From assembly GCA_036788375.1 (NCBI GenBank), contig DAIQNM010000002.1, forward strand, positions 1-43,252: a stretch of DNA of 43,252 nucleotides, written 5' to 3'. Made by a program: the position numbers and the translations under genes. Source of the DNA: Cyanobium sp. CTOTU6536. GTDB taxonomy: Bacteria > Cyanobacteriota > Cyanobacteriia > PCC-6307 > Cyanobiaceae. Under the pieces are notes generated by a model. The model was not told the origin of the DNA, made no database searches, and worked only from the letters and a program-made list of their open reading frames with translations. Each line of letters starts with the position of its first letter. Position 1 is the first letter of the stretch. Shown here piece after piece: positions 37,423-43,252 of the stretch.

Positions 37423-39822
37423 TCAGAGCGGCTGGATCGGGGCCAGCCGGGGATCGAGGATCTTCGGTCCCATCCCCTCAAACTTCACGGCGATCGAGAT
37501 CTTCTCGCCGCTACCAAACAGGTGGGTCACGGTGCCTTCGCCGAAGCTGCTGTGCAGCAGGCGATCGCCCACAGCCCAGTTGCGGCTCAGGCCCGAGCGG
37601 CGCCGCACGGCATTGGTGGGGGCGCCGGCCTCACCACCACCGGCCACCCGGCGGCTCTCCTCACGGTCGACGCGGGTGAGCCGATCGAGCCGCTGATCGC
37701 GCCGAATCGCCGCCCCGCCACTGCGGGGGATGTCGCCCTGGAGCAGGGCTTCGGGCAACTCGGAGAGGAACACCGAGGGCACCGCCGGCTCCCGCATGCC
37801 GCCCCAGAGGCGCCGCTCGCTGGCATGGGAGATGAAGAGCCGCTCCTTGGCGCGGGTGATGCCCACATAACAGAGCCGACGCTCCTCCTCCAGGGCCGCT
37901 GGGTCATCGAGGGAGCGGTAGCTGGGGAACAGCCCCTGCTCCAGCCCCACCAGGAACACCACCGGAAACTCCAGGCCCTTGCTGGCGTGAAGGGTCATCA
38001 GAGTGACCCGATCGGCAGCGGTGTCCTTGGAATCGGCGTCGCTGGCGAGGGCGGCGCCGGAGAGGAAGCCCTCGAGATCGCCCTCTTCGTTTTCCTCCTG
38101 ATACTGAAGGGCGGCGTTCACCAGTTCCTGCAGGTTGCGGCGGCGCTCCTCGGACTCATCCGTGGCCTCGTGCAGCAGCTCGGCCACGTAGCCGCTCTGC
38201 TCCATCACCCGCTGCACCAGCTCCGAAGGGGGAGCATCCTGGCTGCGGCGCTGCAGGTCCTGGATCAACTCCCCGAACTGCAGCAGCCCCTTGGCCGAGC
38301 GCCCCCCGAGCGAACGCACCGCCTCGGCATCGCTCACCACCTCCCAAAGGGGCAACCCCAGCTGGTTGGCGGCATCGGTGAGGCGCTCCACGGTGGTCTT
38401 GCCGATGCCGCGCTTGGGCACGTTGAGCACCCGCAGCAGGCTCACGGTGTCGGCCGGGTTGACCAGCAGCCGCAGGTAGGCCAGCACATCCTTGATCTCG
38501 CGGCGGTCGTAGAAGCGCAGGCCCCCGACCACGATGTAAGGAATGCCCCAGCGCACCAGGGATTCCTCCATCGACCGGCTCTGGGCGTTGGTGCGATACA
38601 GCACCGCCATTGACCCCCAGCCCAGCTCCGGGTGGGCCGCCTCCAGCATCCGCATGCGGTGCACCACGGCTTCCGCCTCGGCGATCTCGTCATCGCAGCG
38701 GGTGAGGCTGATCGGTTCACCCTCGCCGCGGGTGGGTCGCAATACCTTGTCGATCCGCTCGGAGTTGTGGGCGATCAGGGCATTGGCGGCTTCCAGAATC
38801 GTGGCGGTGGAGCGGTAGTTGTCCTCCAGCTTCACCATCGTGGCGGTGGCATCGTCGGGGGCGCCATCGCCGAAATCGGCCTGGAAGCCCATCAGGATCG
38901 TGAAATCGGCGGCGCGGAAGCTGTAGATGCTCTGGTCGGCATCGCCCACCACAAACACCGAACGACCCTCCCATTCGTTGTACGTTTCCGGGTCGCGGCC
39001 GTCCGTGACCAGCAGCTTGATCAGGTCGTACTGGGTGCGGTTGGTGTCCTGGTACTCGTCCACGAGGACGTGGCGGAAGCGGCGGTGCCAGTAGGAGCGG
39101 ATCTGCTCGTTCTGCTGCAGCAACTGCACCGGCAGCAGCAGCAGGTCGTCGAAATCGAGGGCGTTGTTGGCGGCCAGGGCGCGGCGGTACAGGCGATAGG
39201 CCTCGGCCACCTTGCGGTCGCGTAGCCCTTCGGCCTTCTGCTCGAGCTGATCGGGCAGCAGGCCCTGGTTCTTGGCGGTGCTGATCGCCCAGCGCACCTT
39301 CTTGGGCTCAAAGCGCTTGGGATCGAGCTGCAGCTCCTGGGTCACGATCTCCTTCACCAGGCTCTGGGCGTCGTTCTCGTCGTAGATCGAGAACTGGCGG
39401 GTCCAGCTGAGGCCCTCGGGATCGCTGAACTTGTCGATGTCGAAGCGCAGCAGCCGGGCAAACAGGGCGTGGAAGGTGCCGATCCAGAGGTCCTTGATCA
39501 CCTCGCGGTAGATAAGGCTGCGCAGCCGCTTCTGCTCGATCGGCGGCAGGGTGCTCCAGGGTTGGCCGAACTGGCTCTGGGCCAGCTTCTGGGCCAGCAG
39601 CAGCTCCAGTCGCTCCTTCATCTCGCGGGCGGCTTTGTTGGTGAAGGTCACCGCCAGCAGGGAGGCTGGATCGACGCCGTGGTGGCCGATCAGGTGGGCG
39701 ATGCGGTGGGTGAGGGCCCGGGTCTTGCCACTGCCGGCTCCCGCCACCACCAGCAGGGGACCGGTGTGGTGGTCCACCGCCTTGCGCTGGGCATCATTCA
39801 GACCGGCCAGAAATGCGCTCAT
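37423..39822 (-). CDS. pcrA: ATP-dependent DNA helicase PcrA/UvrD
   Basis: AGAGSGKT, TFTNKAA, VDEYQDTN, VGDADQSIYSFR, NYRST, TLHASKGLEF and EERRLCYVGITRA motifs; C-terminal Tudor-like domain. Confidence 0.96.
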   Translation of the reverse strand: MSAFLAGLNDAQRKAVDHHTGPLLVVAGAGSGKTRALTHRIAHLIGHHGVDPASLLAVTFTNKAAREMKERLELLLAQKLAQSQFGQPWSTLPPIEQKRLRSLIYREVIKDLWIGTFHALFARLLRFDIDKFSDPEGLSWTRQFSIYDENDAQSLVKEIVTQELQLDPKRFEPKKVRWAISTAKNQGLLPDQLEQKAEGLRDRKVAEAYRLYRRALAANNALDFDDLLLLPVQLLQQNEQIRSYWHRRFRHVLVDEYQDTNRTQYDLIKLLVTDGRDPETYNEWEGRSVFVVGDADQSIYSFRAADFTILMGFQADFGDGAPDDATATMVKLEDNYRSTATILEAANALIAHNSERIDKVLRPTRGEGEPISLTRCDDEIAEAEAVVHRMRMLEAAHPELGWGSMAVLYRTNAQSRSMEESLVRWGIPYIVVGGLRFYDRREIKDVLAYLRLLVNPADTVSLLRVLNVPKRGIGKTTVERLTDAANQLGLPLWEVVSDAEAVRSLGGRSAKGLLQFGELIQDLQRRSQDAPPSELVQRVMEQSGYVAELLHEATDESEERRRNLQELVNAALQYQEENEEGDLEGFLSGAALASDADSKDTAADRVTLMTLHASKGLEFPVVFLVGLEQGLFPSYRSLDDPAALEEERRLCYVGITRAKERLFISHASERRLWGGMREPAVPSVFLSELPEALLQGDIPRSGGAAIRRDQRLDRLTRVDREESRRVAGGGEAGAPTNAVRRRSGLSRNWAVGDRLLHSSFGEGTVTHLFGSGEKISIAVKFEGMGPKILDPRLAPIQPL

Positions 39823-39832
39823 CGCCGCAGTC

Positions 39833-41692
39833 TCACTCAGCGGAGAGGGCCTCTAAGCGGGCCAGTTCGCGGAAGGTGGCCGAATCCCGTTGCAGATCGG
39901 CGAAGGAGCCCGCCGCCTTGACCCGGCCGCCATCGAATTCGTAGATGCGATCACAGCGCTGCACCGTGCTGAGGCGATGGGCGATCACCAAGGTGGTGCA
40001 GCGGCGGCCAATCACCTGCAGGGATTCGATCAGGTTCAGTTCGGTGCGGTTGTCGAGGGCGCTGGTGGCCTCATCCATCACCAGGAAGCGGGCATCGCGG
40101 TAGAAGGCCCGGGCCAGGGCCAGCCGCTGGCGCTGGCCACCGGAGAGCTGCACCCCGTTTTCTCCGACCGGCGTGTAGAGCCCGTAAGGGAGTTCGGCCA
40201 CGTCATCGGCCAGCTGGGCTGCCTCCAGCGACTCCCAGATGCGATCGCGGTCGATCGTTTCCTCTGGAATGCCGAAGGCGATGTTGGAGAGCACACTGCC
40301 GTTGAGCAGGTGGATCATCTGGGGCACGTGGGCACAGCTGGCCTGCCAGGCCGGCAGGTCGTTGGCCGTCACGGGCACGCCATCGAGTTCGAGGCAACCC
40401 CGCTCGGGATGCAGCAGGCCCAGCAGCAGGTGGGCCGTGGTGGTCTTGCCACTGCCGGTGCGGCCCACCAGGGCCACCCGCGATCCCACTGGAATCGTGA
40501 GGCTGAGGTCCTGGAGCAACCAGTCGTCGCCGCTGGAGTAGCGGAAACACGCTTTCTGGAGCCGGATCGTGTGGCGCGGAAAGATACCGGCCGGGCTGGG
40601 CACGCCGGGCGTGGCCAGCAGCGGCCGCTGGGCCGGCAGATCGAGCACGTCGAGGAGCTCGCTCACCTGGGGCAGCCCGCCGCGCAACTGGGTGAGGGAG
40701 CGGAAGATGTCCTGCAGGGGCGGGGTGAGCCGCAGGGCTGCCACCGCCACCGAGGAGAGGAAGGGGATGATGCCGCCCACCCGGGTGGGATCGCCACTGA
40801 GCAGGGCCGGCAGGGCGCCGACCACGAAGATCATCGTGATGCCGAAGGGCTCGATCAGGATGCGGGGAACCTCGGGCAGCAGCTCGGAGGTCCACACCGA
40901 ATCCTCCGCTTCGGCGATCGTGTCGTTAAAGCGGCCGGCGAAGAAGGGCTCGGTGTGGCTGAGCTGCACGTCGGCCACCGATCCGAGCGTTTCGGTGAGC
41001 ATTCCGGCCGACTGCTGCTCCTTGCGCAGCCGCTTGCGGGCCGCATGGCGCAGGTAAGGCGTGGCAGCGATTGAGATGGTGAGATAGGCCACCACCAAGG
41101 AGATGATCAGGCCCACCGAAAGCCAGCGGCCGATGAACAGAATCCCGAAGGAAAGCAGCAGCACCGAAGGGATGGCGCTGAGCATCAGCAGGAAGGGAAT
41201 CACCGTGGATTCCGAGACCCGCCGGGCATTGCTGAGCAGCAGGGCGGAGAAGCGGGAGCTGCTCTGGCCGAGGTGATAGCGGTAGTCCTGCTGCAGCAGC
41301 CGCTCAAACAACAGCCGCGAAAGATCACCCCAGACCCGCGCCGTGAGCCGATACTGGAGGAAGCGCAGACTCAGCTTGGTGGCCGACGACATCCAGGCCA
41401 GGGCCACGAAGATGCCGATCAGCCAGAGGCTCTGATCGATGCCGTTGCCCCCAAACACCCGCATGCCGGGGATCAGATCCTCGAGGTGGTGCCCCACCAG
41501 GGTGCCCATCAGGCGGGCCACCACCGCAATCGAAGCCAGGTCAATGATGCCCGGCATCATTGACAGGGGCACCAACACCAACAGGGTGCGCAATCGGCGC
41601 CGCGGCAGGTAGCCGATCAGCCGCTTGAGTTCCTCGAGCGTGCGGCTCTGGAGCGTCGGCAGGGCGGGCAATGCCAGAGCCAGAAGGTTCAC
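39833..41692 (-). CDS. ABC exporter, fused permease and ATPase (HepA/PglK-like)
   Basis: N-terminal TM domain; Walker A GRTGSGKT, LSGGQRQR signature, Walker B LVMDEATS, IAHRLST. Confidence 0.9.
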   Translation of the reverse strand: MNLLALALPALPTLQSRTLEELKRLIGYLPRRRLRTLLVLVPLSMMPGIIDLASIAVVARLMGTLVGHHLEDLIPGMRVFGGNGIDQSLWLIGIFVALAWMSSATKLSLRFLQYRLTARVWGDLSRLLFERLLQQDYRYHLGQSSSRFSALLLSNARRVSESTVIPFLLMLSAIPSVLLLSFGILFIGRWLSVGLIISLVVAYLTISIAATPYLRHAARKRLRKEQQSAGMLTETLGSVADVQLSHTEPFFAGRFNDTIAEAEDSVWTSELLPEVPRILIEPFGITMIFVVGALPALLSGDPTRVGGIIPFLSSVAVAALRLTPPLQDIFRSLTQLRGGLPQVSELLDVLDLPAQRPLLATPGVPSPAGIFPRHTIRLQKACFRYSSGDDWLLQDLSLTIPVGSRVALVGRTGSGKTTTAHLLLGLLHPERGCLELDGVPVTANDLPAWQASCAHVPQMIHLLNGSVLSNIAFGIPEETIDRDRIWESLEAAQLADDVAELPYGLYTPVGENGVQLSGGQRQRLALARAFYRDARFLVMDEATSALDNRTELNLIESLQVIGRRCTTLVIAHRLSTVQRCDRIYEFDGGRVKAAGSFADLQRDSATFRELARLEALSAE

Positions 41693-41719
41693 CTCACGCT
41701 ATGCCGCCGCACCCTTCCT

Positions 41720-42844
41720 TCATCCACGGCGCAGCCAGCGCCGCAGCCGCACCAGCCACGGATCGAGCCGCAGGCGCCAGGCCGGTGGGCTCTGCAGGGG
41801 GGCGGCCGCGCCGGCGAGCAGCAGGCCCCAGTGGCGGTCGCAGGTGGTGAGGGCCCGTCGCCAGCGCTCGGCCAGGGCCGCCTGGGATCCCTCCTGCAGC
41901 AGCAGCGCCAGCCGCTGGGGATCGGCCCGCCAGGCCTGGGGATCGGCCACGGCGGCGGCGATGCGCTCCAGGTCGGCCGCCAGGCTGCCGCAGCCGATCT
42001 GGTGCCCCACCAGGCCAGGATCGAGGCTATCGGCCAGGGCATGGTTGAGGCTGCTGAACACGACGCAACCCGAGGCGAGGGCCTCCAGGGGCGGCAGCCC
42101 GAAGCCCTCACTCACGCCGCGGCCCCGCCAGTAATCGGCGGAGTCGTAGAGCACCACGGTGGCACTGCGGAACAGCTCGACCAAATCATCCACCCAGCCG
42201 TCCTGCAGCTCCACCCGCAGCCCCCGCTGCCGCAGAGCCGGCACCAGGCGCTCCAGCACATAGCGGCTGTTCTTGCGCGCCTGCACCAGCACGTCGATCG
42301 GCCGCCGCGGCCCCGGGTTGGGCTCGACATCTCCGGCCCAGAGCTCGCCGTCGCCGGCGCTGGTGGCCGAGGCCCGAGGATCTCGCCAGGGCATCGCCGC
42401 CGACCCCGGCCGCAGCCACTTGGCATCGAGGGCATTGGGCACCAGGAAGAGCGGGTTGCGGGGGGCCCGGTTGCCCCAGTAGCCCAGGGTGTTTCGGCTC
42501 ACCGCCAGCACCGGCACCCCCGGGGGCAGATCGAAGCCATAGCCGCTGCTGTGGGCGTGGTAAGCCACCGGGCGGCCCCGCAGCCGCCGCAGTAGGGGCG
42601 GCACATCAAACCCCCAGCTCACGATCCAGAGGGCCTGGCCCGGGGCGGGCTCCTGACTTAGCAGGTCATCGAGAAAGGGGTGCTCGCTCTCCCTCTGCCG
42701 GTAGGTCACCAGCTCCACCGGCCGCTCGCCAAGACCCGCCAGCAGCCGGGCTGTCTGGAGCTCCACCAGCAGGCCACCACAGCGGAAACGGCCGGTGGTG
42801 CCGGGCAGCAGAAAACGGATCGGAGCGGGGCTGGCGGCGTTCAG
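41720..42844 (-). CDS. Cyanobacterial glycosyltransferase (GT-B); start codon anomalous
   Basis: SEGFGLPPLEALASGC and SWGFDV motifs. The frame continues upstream of GTG 42766 through IRFLLPGTTGRFRCGGLL; the CTG at 42844 is used as a tentative start. Confidence 0.82.
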   Translation of the reverse strand: MNAASPAPIRFLLPGTTGRFRCGGLLVELQTARLLAGLGERPVELVTYRQRESEHPFLDDLLSQEPAPGQALWIVSWGFDVPPLLRRLRGRPVAYHAHSSGYGFDLPPGVPVLAVSRNTLGYWGNRAPRNPLFLVPNALDAKWLRPGSAAMPWRDPRASATSAGDGELWAGDVEPNPGPRRPIDVLVQARKNSRYVLERLVPALRQRGLRVELQDGWVDDLVELFRSATVVLYDSADYWRGRGVSEGFGLPPLEALASGCVVFSSLNHALADSLDPGLVGHQIGCGSLAADLERIAAAVADPQAWRADPQRLALLLQEGSQAALAERWRRALTTCDRHWGLLLAGAAAPLQSPPAWRLRLDPWLVRLRRWLRRG

Positions 42845-42978
42845 GATGGTGGTCGCTGGCAGGCGAAGCGGTCCTAGGCAGAGTCTGCCGGAAGAGCTTC
42901 ACCCCAGGCCGCAGTCACGGCGCCCCCACTGGGTGGCGCGGCACCGGCTGTCGGCACCCCGGGCGAGAGACCGCGGCC

Positions 42979-43252
42979 TCAGGCGGGCACGGCCTCGGTG
43001 CTGCCGGAGCGCTGGCGCTTGGTGAGGAAGCCGAAGAGCACCTTGCCGATCGCGGCCACCAGATTGCCTTCCAGCTCCTGGAACATCTTCATGTTGCAGT
43101 GGAAAGCCTCGTTGGCTTCGCCCACGATCCGATCGGCCATGGCCTGGTCGATCGGCAGGTTGTCGAGCACGCTGCGGTAGTTGGTCTTGAAGCCCTTTTC
43201 GTCGGGGATGGCGTCGAACTCGTAGAAGCGCAGGCCATCGTGCTCGCCCAGG
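42979..43252 (-). CDS. ho1: Heme oxygenase (biliverdin-producing), 3' part only
   Basis: GLRFYEFDAIPDEKGFKTNYRSVLDNLPID...EANEAFHCNMKMFQELEGNL matches the cyanobacterial Ho1 C-terminus; runs off the window end. Confidence 0.92.
   Translation of the reverse strand, partial: LGEHDGLRFYEFDAIPDEKGFKTNYRSVLDNLPIDQAMADRIVGEANEAFHCNMKMFQELEGNLVAAIGKVLFGFLTKRQRSGSTEAVPA

Noticed and set aside
1..43252. tRNA/rRNA genes, CRISPR arrays, IS elements, integrases, HIP1 enrichment
   Set aside because: None recognised; intergenic gaps are short, and GCGATCGC occurs only a few times, so enrichment cannot be claimed without counting.

Overview
High-GC picocyanobacterial DNA (Cyanobium/Synechococcus-like, judged from gene content and protein style). 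The window opens with the conserved rubA-ycf48-psbEFLJ photosystem II operon and its terminator, followed by a small clan-AA aspartic protease and hisS. From about 4.5 to 37.4 kb lies a large surface-polysaccharide locus: three UDP-glucuronate pathway enzymes, ten glycosyltransferases, a Wzx-like flippase, two Wzy-like membrane proteins, an AsnB-type amidotransferase, an SGNH protein, a head-to-head pair of WcaJ-like phosphoglycosyl transferases, galE, a 723-aa membrane protein and a carbamoyltransferase-SxtJ-SxtK trio. A thioredoxin-like gene and a tRNA nucleotidyltransferase interrupt the locus. The window ends with pcrA/uvrD, an ABC exporter, another glycosyltransferase and the 3' end of heme oxygenase ho1. 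Three observations stand out. (1) A 53-aa SxtK/DUF5989 micropeptide missing from the ORF track ends in FIYSIF, matching the DltX/AlgI-type FIYxxF tyrosine acyl-shuttle motif; with the carbamoyltransferase, SxtJ and a membrane-anchored SGNH protein, this suggests an MBOAT-free trans-membrane carbamoyl relay for polysaccharide modification (hypothesis). (2) One WcaJ paralogue has lost its catalytic Asp-Glu dyad (AALPQ versus DELPQ) but keeps an intact frame, so it is a candidate pseudoenzyme. (3) Two glycosyltransferases have conserved N-termini upstream of any canonical start codon. All family assignments come from motif recognition by eye; no database search was run.
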